64,000 nt of DNA from Octopus vulgaris (GCA_951406725.2 OX597827.1:63426001-63490000); one strand, 5' to 3'. Shown: positions 11,584-26,290, counted from the first letter of the stretch. The notes: generated from the letters alone by a model not told the origin. Made by a program: numbers and translations.

Positions 11584-12468
11584 CAGGGTGGGCGAAAAGT
11601 AAGCAGGCATGAAAAATTGGTAATAAGATCCATATTTTCTTTACAAATTTTTTGAAACAAATGATACATGTTCTTTATTACATGGGAAAATGAAAGTAAA
11701 TCTTCATATATCTCAATGTAAGCACCGGTGGCGTCAACCATTTTCCTCAAACGGCCACGGATGGAATGAACAACCTTCTGAAGGACGTCGTCCGGGATAT
11801 CATTGTGAAGCTCCTGAATCCGTGTCTCCATGTCCTCTCGTGTGCGAGGTTTTGTATTGTACACCTCCTCTTTTGGGTAACCCCGCAAGTAAAAATCACG
11901 TGGAGTGAGATCTAGATTTCTTGGAGTTCTGGACTCCTGCGGTCAGTCTTTAAATTTTAGTTCCTGCACATAATGGGGTTTCCACGGACGGAAATTCAAT
12001 TCTTTATGCAACACCGTACGTATTATGTGTCTTGTAAGTCCACTTTCACGAGCTGCTTGACGTGTTGATTTTTGCCGGCTGCGTTTGAATATTGCCTGCA
12101 CTGTTGCCACGTTCTCCACTGGACGGCCACTACTTGCATCGTTCACAGAGCCCGTAGTCATAAGCTTTACGTGACAACATTTTTATTGTCTCCGAACGTA
12201 GCGTTGCATGCTCACCTTTCCATGCACGCCACCATCTCTGAACCCAAACAATGGAATTCCACACTTCATAGCGTGCTGCAATCTTAGCTGGCTCCTAAAC
12301 AGTGAAGCGAACGGCCATCTGGAAAATAAGAAATACGAAATAAGACAATAAGAAAATAAGAAATCCCCATTAGTGTTGTCTGTTTAAAAAATGTTTTCGT
12401 CATTACTTCAGTGATACTAAAAATTCTATAAGCAATTTCTAATGCCTGGTTACTTTCCATCCACACTG
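11584..12468 (-). mobile_element. Internally deleted Tc1/mariner-superfamily transposon (rosa/DD41D-like)
   Basis: TIRs CAGGGTGGGCGAAAAGTAAGCAGGCAT / rc CAGTGTGGATGGAAAGTAACCAGGCAT with TA flanks; remnants TGSV..SGRP..KSTRQAARESGL..LNFRPWKPHYVQEL and DLTP.DF...GY.KEEVY..KPRT. Confidence 0.85.
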
Positions 12469-12529
12469 TACATGCAAACACATACATACGCATGCACGCA
12501 TAATATCGTTTTTTTAATTTTGGCATTAG

Positions 12530-12850
12530 GTAAACAGTTTCGAAGGGAGAGCAAAGTCAATCTCGGCGGAATTTGAACGCAGAGCGTAAAGGTCCGGAAG
12601 AAATATCGCTAAGCATTTTGTCTGACGTGCTAACGATTCTTTTCTACTTAGGCACAAGCCCCGAAATTTTTGGAGTGGGGCGGGGTGGGGGGGTGGGGGT
12701 CAATTGATTACATCGACAAGTACGCAACTGGTATGTTAACTTATCGACTCCGAAAGTCGACCTCGGCGGAATTTGAACTCAGAACATAAAGACACGAAAT
12801 ATTCCTAAGCATTTTGTCCGATGTGCTAAAGTTTCTGTCAGTTCACCGAT
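12530..12850 (-). mobile_element. SINE family B, diverged copies
   Basis: AAAGTCGACCTCGGCGGAATTTGAACTCAGAAC motif twice. Confidence 0.7.
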
Positions 12851-12869
12851 TCAGTATTTTATATTGTTC

Positions 12870-13250
12870 TTTTACTTGCTTCAGTCATAGATCGCGGCCA
12901 TGCTGAGGCATCACCTTGAAGAGCTTTACTAGAACAAATCGATTTCAGTACTTGCTGAAGACTTGTACTTATACTATCGACTACTTTTGCCAAACCGCTA
13001 AGTTACGGGACGTAAACATACCTACAACGGTTGTCAAGTGGTGGGTAGTACGAACACAGGCACAAAAACACGCACGCACACAGATCCATATGTACATTCC
13101 ACAAGCTTCCACAGAGTTTCCGTCAACCAATTTACTCACAAGGTGTTGGACGGCTAGGCGCTAAAGTAGAAGACACTTGCCCAAGAACTGAACCCGAAAC
13201 CACATGGTCGCAAAGCGACCTCTTAAAGCACACAGCCATACCTGCTGTTA
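12870..13250 (-). mobile_element. SINE family A, diverged copy
   Basis: Similarity to family A consensus. Confidence 0.75.
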
Positions 13251-13324
13251 TAGTGAAATTTGCTTCAGTCCACCTACGCCCCGACATAATATATATATAT
13301 ATATATATATAAATGCGCCCTTTT

Positions 13325-13549
13325 TTAAAGCCTAGCCTGGTTTCACGGTTTCTATGGCGTATGTGTTCCCTAGCTGGACGGGACGCCAGTCCATCGCAGC
13401 GTTACTCATTTTTGCCAGCTGAGTGGACTGGAGCAACGTGAAATGAAGTGTTTTGCTCAAGAACACAATGCGTCACCAGGTCCAGGAATCGAAACCACAA
13501 TCTTACGATCATGGTGCTGACACCCTAACCATTAAGCCACGCGCCTCCA
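13325..13549 (-). mobile_element. CORE-type SINE family D (tail T1)
   Basis: tRNA-like head plus GTGTTCTTGAGCAAAACACTTCATTTCACGTTGCTCCAGTCCACTCAGCTG CORE-like block. Confidence 0.75.
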
Positions 13550-13576
13550 CACACACACACACACACACCATATATA

Positions 13577-13715
13577 GGTGCAGGAGTGGCTGTGTGGTAA
13601 AAAGCTTGATTCCCAATCACATGGTTCCGGGTTCGGTCTCACTGCATGGTACCTTGGGCAAATGTTTTCTTCTATGACCTCGGGCCGACCAAAGCCTTGT
13701 GAGTGGATTTAGCAG
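13577..13715 (+). mobile_element. SINE family A, 5' part
   Basis: GGTGCAGGAGTGGCTGTGTGG head. Confidence 0.8.
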
Positions 13716-13984
13716 ATAAGACCTAATATGCTAATTAACCTAATTGGCTCATTACTGGGACCCTGACATGTGCTACTAATTCGGGTCGGAGTAGATCTGG
13801 GAACAATAGCGGCTAAATAGTGGTTCCACATTCCTCGAAATGCCAGGTTGCCATTACCGGATACAATTTAAAGACTTAACCGGAACCCCTAGATACACAG
13901 CTCCTGAAAGAACGATTGGATGAACATGGCTACAAGGAATTGGATCATAGATTTACACAATGCGGAAGGCATTGGATAAGATAA

Positions 13985-14305
13985 TGTTTCTGGCAATCCG
14001 TCGGTTACGACGACGAGGGTTTCATTTGATCCGATCAACGGAACACCCTGCTTGTGAAGTTAACGGGCAAGTGGCTGAGCACTCCACAGACACGCGTACG
14101 ATTTATGTGGTTCTCAGGAAGATTCAGCGTGACACAGAATGTGACAAGGATAGCCTTTTGAATTACAGGTACAACTCATTTTTGTCAGCCGAGTGGACTG
14201 GGGCAACGTGATATAAAATGTTTAACTCAAGGACACGTCGCGTCGCTGAGAATCGAACTCATGACCTTACTATGATGAACTGAACACTTCCGAGTACTTA
14301 GCCAT
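13985..14305 (-). mobile_element. CORE-type SINE family D (tail T2)
   Basis: CORE-like block joined to the tail also seen at 31430-31610. Confidence 0.7.
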
Positions 14306-14575
14306 ATGATAATGTACTTCTAGAAAGAATAATTGAGCACAATGACTTTCATCTTAGTTTTGCGCAATACAGGTTGCATAGGATGATGTACTCCTAGATA
14401 CACAATGCCTAAAAGAATGCTTGGACACGGAAGGCTTCAATGACTTTCATCTGTTTTCTACACAATCAAATCTGGCGAGGGCCTAAACATCAACAACAGC
14501 AACACAAACAACGACGACGACGACGACGATCACAACAGCAGCAGCAGCAACAACAATAACAGCAACATCAACAGT

Positions 14576-15160
14576 GGAGGCGCAATGGCCCAGTGGTTAG
14601 GGCAGCGGACTCGCGGTCGTAAGAACGCGGTTTCGATTCCCCGTCCGGGCATTGTGAGTGGCTGTGTGGTAAGTAGCTTGTTTACCAACCACATGGTTCC
14701 GGGTTCAGTCCCACTGCGTGGCACCTTGGGCAAGTGTCTTCTACTATAGCCTCGGGCCGACCAAAGCTTGTGAGTGGATTTGGTAGACGGAAACTGAAAG
14801 AAGCCAGTCGTATATATGTATATATATATGCGTGTGTGTATTTGTGTGTCTGTGTTTGTCCCCCTAGCATTGCTTGACAACCGATGCTAGTGTGTTTATG
14901 TCCCCGTTACATAGCGGTTCGGCAAAAGAGACCGATAGAGTAAGTACTGGGCTTACAAAGAATAAGTCCTGGGGTCAGTTTGCTCGACTGAACGTGGTGC
15001 TCCAGCATGGCCGCAGTCAAATGACTGAAACAAGTAAAAAGAGTAAAAAAAGAGTATTTATTGAGCAAAAATACCTAAGCTCCACGAGGATCCGGCGTGG
15101 GGGTGGTGGTGAACCCCGCTGTACTCTTTCACCACAACTTTCTCTCACTCTTTCTTTCTA
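14576..15160 (+). mobile_element. SINE family C interrupted by nested SINE family A (~14657-15055)
   Basis: C head ends ...TTGTGAGTG, A copy follows, C resumes ATTTATTGAGCAAAA as in intact copy at 30165. Confidence 0.85.
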
Positions 15161-15450
15161 CTTCTGCCACAAAGCAGAGGAACCATGGTGTAACCCACTA
15201 TGGTGTGGTAAACTTTCAGACCCTAGTCTAGATTGCGAACCCTTTGTACCCCAGGGTAGTTCAGCTCTCCACCCGTTAAAAAAGCCACCGTTTACGGAAT
15301 GAGGATAACAACGTAGCTTTCGCGCCCGTGCAACCGCCAGTCTATCGCGTGTGGTGGGTGGATCTTCAAGTTGCCACACGCATTTTTAGTAGCCTAGAGT
15401 AGGCTCGAATTAGAGATTATTCTTCGTGGCTAATGACGTGAGTACTGATC

Positions 15451-15508
<58 letters not shown>

Positions 15509-15524
15509 TAATAAAACTGATGAT

Positions 15525-15608
<84 letters not shown>

Positions 15609-15620
15609 AAGAAGAAGACA
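15451..15620. repeat. (AAT)n and (AAG)n microsatellites
   Basis: Directly visible. Confidence 0.95.
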
Positions 15621-15963
15621 GCAACAACAACAACACTCTGAACCCATATCTCTATCCCCCCCCCCCCCCAGCTGACTCGACCCCAGTCTACCACCACAAA
15701 GAATTCTTTGCAAAAACGACGCTATGGAAATTCTCTAGTCGAAGGATCAATCTTCTGCCCACCCTAACACGCACCTGACCTTGGCCCTTACATATACCTG
15801 CACTGCCATCCTCGCCACTTCAGCTATTGCAAAATTTCTCTTTCTTTCCCTCCCCCTCTCTCTCTCTCTCTCTCGATTTGTCTCTGTTTCTTCACCCCCT
15901 CCTCACTCTCTGTCTCACCTGCTCTTTCTTTCGAATTGCTTTTACTTTCTGTTTTTACAATAG

Positions 15964-16020
15964 TTTGACATTTATCACTGATGACAAGACGAATATCTTG
16001 TCTCTAAAGCGAGACATACG
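15964..16020 (+). CDS. Candidate 57-nt internal exon (phase 2-2), xLTFITDDKTNILSLKRDIR
   Basis: Long polypyrimidine acceptor TTTTACTTTCTGTTTTTACAATAG, donor CG|GTATAT, open frame, unique sequence; no homology evidence. Confidence 0.3.
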
Positions 16021-16062
16021 GTATATTTCCAGAGGGATATCTTTATATAAATATAGAAGCAT

Positions 16063-17470
<1,408 letters not shown>

Positions 17471-17477
17471 TACATAA

Positions 17478-17860
17478 GTGTAGGGGAAGTTATGTGGTAA
17501 GAAGCTTGCTTTTCAATCACATAGTTCTTGATTCAGTCCCACTGAGTGGCACCTTGGGCAAATGCCTTCTACTGTAACCTCGGACCGACCAAAACCTTGA
17601 GAGCGGATTTGGTAGCCGGAAACTGAAAGAAGCCCATCGTATGTAAGTATTTATGTATGCATGTGTGTCTTTGTGTCTATGCTTGTTCCTCTATTACCGC
17701 TTGACAACCGGTGTTGGTGTTTTTACATCTCCGTAATGTAGCGGTTCGGCAAATAAGACAGATAGAATAAGTACTAAGCCTAAAATATAAGTCCTGTGGT
17801 CGATTAGTTCGAGTAAAACCCTTCAAAGCTGCAATGAATTGACTGAAACAAGTAAAAGAA
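17478..17860 (+). mobile_element. SINE family A, diverged copy
   Basis: Similarity to family A. Confidence 0.8.
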
Positions 17861-17879
17861 TTAAATAAAAGAATATCTA

Positions 17880-19147
17880 CATGGGTTGGGCAAAATAATG
17901 GAAACACCTTAAAATTTCAAACAAATTTATTTTAATATTAGATAGCACGCTTTTGGCAGTAATTTCAGTTTGAATTCTTCCAGGTACGGACTCGTACAAA
18001 GTTTGAAGTGTTTCCAAAGGAATTTTTTTCCATTCTTCAGCTAAAACACTCTTGTAAAACAGTTATTGTAGTGATGTTGGTGGAGGATATTGACTCCATA
18101 TTTGTTTTTCTAAAATGCACCATAAATGTTCAATAATATTGAGATCTGGGGACTGTGGTGGTCAGATAAGATGTTCAACTTCACTAGAATGTTCCTCGTG
18201 CCATTCAGTAACAATTTTAACAGAATGAATTGGTGCATTATCATCCTGAAATATTGCGTTTCCCTCTGGAAACAGTTCCGCAATCAAAGGATGAATTTGA
18301 TCAGATAAAATGTTTAGTTTTCACTATTAATTCTACCATGAAGGGAAACCATTGGACCGGCGGATTTCCAAGATACACCCCACGCCAGATCCTCACAGAT
18401 CCTCCTCCATTTTTAACAGTTGGAAGAAGGACGTCTGGGCCAAATGCTTCTTTTTAGCTGTTTCCACACGTATACTCGGCCAGTGGTTGGAAATAAGGTA
18501 AAGGATGGCTTGGCCGAGAAAATAACATTCTTCCACTGTTCTAGGGACCAATTCTGTAGGTTTTTACTCCACTCTAAACGCTTTGCAACGTTTGATTTTG
18601 AAAGTAGTGGTCTTCTGATTGCAGCCCTCCCGTGAAATCCGGATTTGTGCAGCTCCCGACGAACAGTTTTTGTGGAAACTGGGTTTTCGAGATGGTCATT
18701 AAGCTCTGTAGTAAGTTTGGGACCTGTACTTTTGTGATTCTTTCTAACTATTCGCATAAGAGTCCAACGGTCCTTATCTGAAAGCTTTGGTTTTCTTTGG
18801 GAGTTTTGTTTCAACGAGCAGGTTCTTCCCTCTTTATCAAAATCTGACATTACTTTCGAGACAGTACTTCTTGATGCACCAAACATTTCGGCTGTTTTCG
18901 TTACACTAGTGCCTGCCATACGAGCACCAACAATTTGACCTCTTCGAAAGTCCAATAGATCTGTCATTTTAATGAATTTTAATTACATTTTTCTGATGAT
19001 ATCTGAAAAGAAACAGCAATTTTAGCAGAAGATATTAAGCAACACTAATAATAAATCAAAACCATAAAAATAAACAAGCTTTTGACGGTTTTAAAGATAT
19101 TTCAAAATTATGATGCTAGGTGTTTCCATTATTTTGTCCAACCCCTG
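17880..19147 (-). mobile_element. Tc1-family transposon with both TIRs, decayed transposase
   Basis: 30-bp TIRs CA(T/G)GGGTTGG(G/A)CAAAATAATGGAAACACCT with TA flanks at 17878-79 and 19148-49. Confidence 0.93.
17935..18967 (-). pseudogene. Tc1 transposase pseudogene
   Basis: ORF 18967-18413 MTDLLDFRRGQIVGARMAG...VSTKTVRRELH...WKNVIFS; later frameshifted PQSPDLNIIEHLW segment near 18160-18120. Confidence 0.9.
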
Positions 19148-19246
19148 TATATATTATACTAGAGTAAGCACATAAATGTGAAACAGGATAGAAAAATAGA
19201 ACTCGAATACCCGAGGTAGAGTAATATGCTTTAGTAATAAAGCTGC

Positions 19247-19822
19247 AAAGTCGACTTTGCCTTTCATCCTTTCGGGGTCGATAAATCAAGTACTAGCTGC
19301 GTACTGGGGTCGATCTCATCGACTGGCCCCATTCCCCCAAAATTCCAGGCCTTGTGCCTATAGTAGAAAAGAATATATCAAAAGCGGCGAGCTGGCAGAA
19401 ACGCTAGTACGCCGGGTAAAACACGTAGCGATATTTCGTCTGTTTTTACATTCTGAGTTCAAATTCCGCTGAGGTCGACTTTGCCTATCATCCTTTCGAG
19501 AGTCGATAAATTAAGTACTAGCTGCGTACTGGAGTCGATCTCATCGACTGGCCCCATTCCCCCAAAATTCCAGGCCTTGTGCCTATAGTAGAAAAGAATA
19601 TATTAAAAGTGGCAAGCTGGCAGAAACGTTAGCACACCGAGTAAAATGCTTAGCGATATTTTGTTTGTCTTTACGTGCTGAGTTCAAATTCTGCCGAGGT
19701 CGACTTTGCCTTTCATCCTTTCGGGGTCGATAAATTAAGTACCAGTTGCTTACTGGGGTCGATCTAATCGACTGGCCCCGCTTCCCCAAAAATTTCGGGC
19801 CTTGTGGCTAGAGCAGAAAAGA
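19247..19822 (+). mobile_element. SINE family B tandem (one partial plus two full units)
   Basis: ~230-bp unit repeated head to tail. Confidence 0.85.
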
Positions 19823-20004
19823 ATTTCATCCGTTTCATTCCTCTCTTTGTTTCATCGGGTTGTGCTAACTTATTCCGTTATTCCGTAATTTTTTTTCGTT
19901 CCTTCATTTGTTTATTCCCTCACTCCTTCATCCATTAATGCATTATTTCTTGCAATTTTCCTTTGGTGTGTCTCTGTGTTTTACGCCTTCATTATATTTT
20001 TATA

Positions 20005-20798
20005 TTAGCAGTATCGCCCGGCGTTGCTCGGGTTTGTTTCGACCCTTTAGAATTGGAATTTTTGAAAAGTAAAAATTTTACATTATGTCGCTTGTTATTC
20101 TCTTTAAAGTGAACATTTTTCTGGATGAAATACACCGAAAAATGGCGACACGGCAGTAAAAAAATCGTAAAAAATAGGGATTTTCATAGAAAAAAAAGCA
20201 CCTTTTTGATGTTAACATGGTGTTAATTTTTGGTGTTAACATGGTCCGATTTGAAATTTATCTTCTACAGAATGAATATCAAGCCTTCTTCTATCATACT
20301 CTCAATTTTGGTCAACTTGCACTGCAGGGTCTCGGAGGAGATAGTGTTAGTTGAAGGCTACCAAACCTGCCATACATAGACAAATTCAGCTTTATATATA
20401 GAGAGACGAGCAGTATCCCCCGGCGTTGCTCGGCTTTCTTTCGACCCTTTAGAATTGGAATTTTTGAAAAGTAAAAATTTTGTACATTATGTAGCTTGTT
20501 ATTCTCTTTAAGTGAACATTTTTCTGGTTGAAATACACCGAAATATGGCGACACAGCAGTCAAAAAATCGTAAAAAATAGGGATTTTCATAGAAAAAAAG
20601 CACCTTTTTGATATAAATAATTTTTGGTCTTAACATGGTCCGATTTGAATTTTATCTTCTACGGAAGGAAGAGCAAGCCTTCTTCTATCATACTCTCAAT
20701 TTTGGTCAACTTGCACCGCAGGGTCTCGGAGGAGATAGTGTTAGTTGAAGGCTACCAAACCTGCCATACACAGACAACTTAAGCTTTAGATATATAGA
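20005..20798 (-). mobile_element. Head-to-tail dimer of Helitron H1
   Basis: Two ~400-bp H1 units (20005-20406, 20407-20798) joined directly GAGAGA|CGAGCAGTATC. Confidence 0.88.
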
Positions 20799-21777
20799 TT
20801 TTCGTGTTCCATTTTTATTTACCTAATAAATTCTACTTATCTTTTGTATCTTATATTTCACATTCATTTCTATATATCTAACGTGTTTTTTTTTATATAT
20901 TTATATATCTTTCATATTCTTATTTTTTTCTTCTTATTTATCTTATGTATCTATATTTATCATATGTATATATCTTTTGTATTTCTTATGTATCTTTTAT
21001 ACCTATATTATATTATATTAAATTACATTATGTACTTTTTACGGTTATATATTTTTGCATTTCTTATGCATTTTACTGTCTTATATAATTTTATATTATA
21101 GATTTTTATATTTTTTAATTATATATTTTTTATTTCTTGTTTATGTATTTTCATATCTCTACATTTTTATATTCATATCCATATCTATATTTATTTTTAT
21201 TTATATTTATACATTTTTATTCATCTTGTTTGTCTTACATACCTTTTATATTATTGACTTACATACCTTTATATATTATTATATTATTTAATATATATCC
21301 TATATATTTTTTTAATATTTCTTATATACTTTACTACAAACACTATGTATTTTTGTATCATATATTTCTATAATTCTTTATTCACCTTAATTCGTCGCTA
21401 ATTCTCTTTCATTCAAATTAACTCTCACCGAATCCTTTATTCATTTCCTTTGTGCTTCTCAAAATGTCTTCCTTTCCGTATCCTTCTAATTTATCACCTC
21501 TTTCTAATTTTTCCTTCCTTCCTTCGTATTTATTATCCTTCCTTTCTCTCAATCATTTCTTCTTTCTCGTCTTCAATTATCTTGTTCCTTTTTGTTCTTT
21601 CTATCGCTTTATACCGTTCGTTCATTCATCTTTTTCAGTCTATTATAACATTCATTTCAATAGGCCTTTAAATTTATGCCTCACGGCTTATTTAACAGGT
21701 GTATCATTTACCTTTTTCTTCGTTGTCATTTATTTCATTTCGTGTTTTCTTTCAGCCTATAACATTTTCTTTAATCA

Positions 21778-24665
21778 AGGCGGCGAGCTGGCAGAAACGT
21801 TAGCACACCGGGCGAAATGCTTAGCGATATTTCGTCTGTCTTTACGTTCTGAGGTCAAATTCCACCGAGGTCGACTTTGCCTTTCATCCTTTCGGGGTCG
21901 ATAAATTAAGTACCAGTTGTGTACTGGGGCCGATCTAATCAACTCATCCCCACTTTTCCCAAGCTACCCTTTTGGCAAAAATTTGAAATAATAATAATTA
22001 TTATTAAGGCGGCGAGCTGGCAGAAACGTTAGCACGCCGGGCGAAATGCTTAGCGATATTTCGTCTGTCTTTACGTTCTGAGTTCAAATTCCGCCGAGGT
22101 CAACTTTGCCTTTCATCCTTTCGGGGTCGATAAATAAGTACCATTTCCGCACTGGAGTCGAAATAATCGACTTAATCCGTTTGTCTGTCCTTGTTTGTCC
22201 CCTCTGTGTATAGCCCCTTGTGGGTAGCAAAGAAATAGGTATTTCCTCTGCCGCTACGTTCCGAGTTCAAATTCCGCCGCGGTCGACTTTGCCTTTCATC
22301 CTTTCGGGGTCGATTAAATAAGTACCAGTTACGCACTGGGGTCGAAATAATAAACTTAATCCGTTTGTCTGTCCTTGTTTGTCCCCTCTGTGTATAGCCC
22401 CTTGTGGGTAGTAAAGAAATAGGTATTTCCTCTGCCTCTACGTTCCGAGTTCAAATTCCGCCGCGGTCGACTTTGCCTTTCATCCTTTCGGGGTCGATTA
22501 AATAAGTACCAGTTCCGCACTGGGGTCGATATAATCGACTTAATCCGTTTGTCTGTCCTTGTTTGTCCCCTCTGTGTATAGCCCCTTGTGGGTAGTAAAG
22601 AAATAGGTATTTCCTCTGCCTCTACGTTCCGAGTTCAAATTCCGCCGCGGTCGACTTTGCCTTTCATCCTTTCGGGGTCGATTAAATAAGTACCAGTTCC
22701 GCACTGGGGTCGATATAATCGAATTAATCCGTCTGTCTGTCCTTGTTTGTCTTCTCTGTGTTTAGCCCCTTTTGGGTAGTAAAGAAATAGGCATTTCGCC
22801 TGCCGTTACGTTCTAAGTTCAAATTCCGCTGATGTCGACTTTGCCTTTCATCCTTTCGGGGTCGATAAATTAAGTACCAGTTGTGTAGTGGGGTCGATCT
22901 AATCGAATCATCCCCACCTTTCCCAAGCTACCCTTGTGGCAAAAATTTGAAATGATAATTATTATGATTAAGGCGGTGAGGTGACAGAATCGTTAGCACT
23001 CCTGGCGAAATGCTCAGTGATATTTCGTCTGTCTTTACGATCTGAGTTCAAATTCCGCCGAGATCGACTTTGCCTTTCATCCTTTCGGGGTCGATAAATT
23101 AAGGACCAGCTAGGCACTGGGGTCGATGTAATCGACTTAATTCGTTTGTCTGTCCTTATTTGTCCCCTCTATGTTTAGCCCCTTGTGGGTAGTAAAGAAA
23201 TAGATATTTCGTCTGTCTTTACGGTCTGAGTTCAAATTCCGCCGAGGTCGACTTTGCATTTCATCCTTTCGGGGTCGATAAATTAAGCATCAGTTAGGCA
23301 CTGGGGTCGATGTAATCGACTTAATTCGTTTGTCTGTCCTTATTTGTCCCCTCTATGTTTAGCCCCTTGTGGGTAGTAAAGAAATAGATATTTCGTCTGT
23401 CTTTACGGTCTGAGTTCAAATTCCGCCGATAACATTTAGCGATATTTTCTCCGTCTTCACGTTCTGAGTTAATATTCCGCCGCGGTGAACTTTGCCTTTC
23501 ATCGTTTCGCGATCGATAGAATAAGTACCAGACAAGTGCCTAACCAGACAAGTGCCTATGCCTTTGTGCCTTTGTGCCTGAATTTGAAATCAATATTTTC
23601 TTTATCTAAGGCGGCGAGCTGACAGAAACTTTAGCACGCCTCCGCCGCTACATTCTGAGTTCAAATTCCGCCAATGTTGACTTCGCCTTTCATCCTTTAG
23701 GGGTCGATAAATTAAGTACCACTTACGCACGGGGGTCGATATAATCAACTTAATCCGTTTGTCTGTCCTTGTTTGTCCTCTCTGTGTTTAACCCCTTCTG
23801 GGTATTAAAGAAATAGGTATTTTATCTGCCGCTTCGTTTTGAGTCCAAATTCCGGCGAGATCCATTTTGCTTTTCATCCTTTCGGGGTCGATTAAATAAG
23901 TACCAGTTACGCACTGAGGTCGATATAATCGACTTAATCCGTTTGTCTGTCCTTGCTTGTCCTCTCAGTGTGTAGCCCCTTGTGGGCAGTAAAGAAATAA
24001 GATAGTGAAACTGAGAACAGCTTGAAACATTAGTGGATGTGAGCAAAATTGAAGGCGGCGAGCTGGCAGAAACGTTAGCATGCCGGGCGAAATGCTTAGT
24101 GATATTTCATCTGCTGCTACGTTCTGAGTTCAAATTCCGCCGAGGTCGACTTTGCTTTTCATTCTTTCGGGGTCGATGAATTAAGTACCAGTTGTGTACT
24201 GAGGTCGATGTAATCGACTTAATCCCTTTGTCTGTCCTTGTTTGTCCCCTCTGTGTGTAGCCCCTTGTGGGCAATAAAGAAATAAGAATCGTTAGCAGTC
24301 CGGGCAAAATGCTTAGCGGCACCTCCTTCGTTTTCACATTCTGAGTTCAAATTCCCTCGAGATCAACTTTGCCTTTCATCCTTTCGTGGTCGATGAATTA
24401 AGTACCAGTTGTGTACTGAGGTCGATGTAATCGATTTAATCCCTTTTGTCTGTCCTTGTTTGTCCCCTCTGTGTGTTGCCCCTTGTGGGCAATAAAGAAA
24501 TAAGAATCGTTAGCAGTCCGGGCAAAATGCTTGGCGGCACTTCTTTCGTTTTCACATTCTGAGTTCAAATTCCGCCGAGATCAACTTTGCCTTTCATCCT
24601 TTCGTGGTCGATGAAATAAGTACCGGCTGTACCCTGGGGTTAATGTAATCCACTTATCCCCCTTC
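21778..24665 (+). repeat. Tandem array of about 15 SINE family B units
   Basis: Core GAGTTCAAATTCCGCC..GGTCGACTTTGCCTTTCATCCTTTCGGGGTCG recurs every ~180-230 bp. Confidence 0.92.
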
Positions 24666-24761
24666 CTTAAAACTGTATCATTTATCCGTCAATCTTGTCA
24701 TTTAATCTTTATTATTTATTCAAATCTGCATTATTTATTCAAAGTTTTGTCTACATTATAA

Positions 24762-24925
24762 GCGCAGGCGTGACTGTGTGGTAAGAAGTTTGCTTCCATC
24801 CGCAGGGTTCCGGGTTCAGTCTCATTGCATGGCAGCCTTGAGCAGGTGTCTTCTAGTATAGCTCCGACCCAACGACAGCCTTGTGAGTAGATTTGATGGA
24901 CGAAAACTGAAAGAAATCTATCGTA
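24762..24925 (+). mobile_element. SINE family A, 5' part
   Basis: Head similarity. Confidence 0.7.
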
Positions 24926-24931
24926 TATACG

Positions 24932-24990
24932 TACGAGGTAGCGTTCAAAAGTATCCAACTTTATTTATTTCCCGCTAAAACTAATGGTAC
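24932..24990 (+). mobile_element. mariner-like 5' TIR fragment
   Basis: TACGAGGTAGCGTTCAAAAGTATCC...CGCTAAAACTAATG; related to 27064 copy. Confidence 0.55.
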
Positions 24991-25008
24991 CTGGGCGCGC
25001 ACGCATAT

Positions 25009-25075
<67 letters not shown>

Positions 25076-25152
25076 TATATATAATATATATATATACGCT
25101 ATCTATTTCTTGTTATTTTCCTTATTAAGTATATATATATATATATATATAT

Positions 25153-25383
25153 AAGGCGGCGAGCTGGCAGACACGTTAGCGCGCCGGGCGGAATGCTTAG
25201 CGGTATTTCGTCTGTCGTTACGTTCTGAGTTCAAATTCCGCCGAGGTCGACTTTGCCTTCCATCCTTTCGGGGTCGATAAATAAAAGTACCAGTTTCGCA
25301 CTGGGGTCGAGGTAATCGACTTAATCCCTTTGTCTGTCCTTGTTTGTCCTCTCTATGTTTAGCCCCTTGTGGGCAATAAAGAA

Positions 25384-25385
<2 letters not shown>
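25153..25385 (+). mobile_element. SINE family B, full copy within (TA)n
   Basis: Complete unit flanked by (TA)n. Confidence 0.9.
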
Positions 25386-25416
<31 letters not shown>

Positions 25417-25488
25417 CATGCAATACTGTATTTGCATATCAAACCCAAGCTGTTATATGTACACATATGCATGTATACATATATGTAC

Positions 25489-25525
<37 letters not shown>

Positions 25526-26237
25526 TCACACACACACACACACACTCACACACACTCACGCATAACATTTTACTCTCACACCCCGTCTCTTTGCATATGG
25601 CGACAGAAATTTGTAAATGAAGATGTTTAATTGAAAAGAACTACATGCTGTATAAAAAAAAATAACGTCAACACATGTTTTGTCATCACCACCACTACAT
25701 CTACACACCGTTCCACATACCCCTCGACCAGTTCCACTTTCCCACCAAAACAGTTCGATTATCTCAAGATGCAAAAAAAAAAAATTTTGGTTGTCGTTTT
25801 TTCTGGGGTGTTTTTTTCTGTTGTTGTTGTTTTTTTTTCCGTGATCATATTTGGTCGTTGGAAACTTACGTCAGTCTGTCAGAATCACGATGACAAAGAT
25901 GACACGCACAATGAATTATCGATATTGCAAACTTTAACATATACGAAGAAGAAGAAGAAGAAGAAGAAGAAGAAGAAGAAGAAGAAGAAGAAGAAGAAGA
26001 AGAAGAAGAAGAAGAAGAAGAAGAAGAAGAAAAAAAGAAGAAGAAAGCAAAGAAAATATCCTACTGCAAAAACTGTGTGAAAATATTCTAGCAGAGAAGT
26101 TCTATACAAAAGAAAATGGAGTACATCAGAAGAATATATCTTCAACTTTTCAATGGCAGTTTGATGCTTTGAACACATATTTACGAGCAAACAAGCAAGA
26201 TAATAATAATAATAATAATAACAATAATAATAATAAC

Positions 26238-26290
<53 letters not shown>

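Noticed and set aside
20820-21700. Hydrophobic multi-pass membrane ORFs
   Set aside because: Extremely T-rich low-complexity DNA that yields F/I/L/Y in every frame.
21778-24665. CRISPR-like periodicity
   Set aside because: Whole units repeat with no unique spacers; eukaryotic SINE array; no cas genes.
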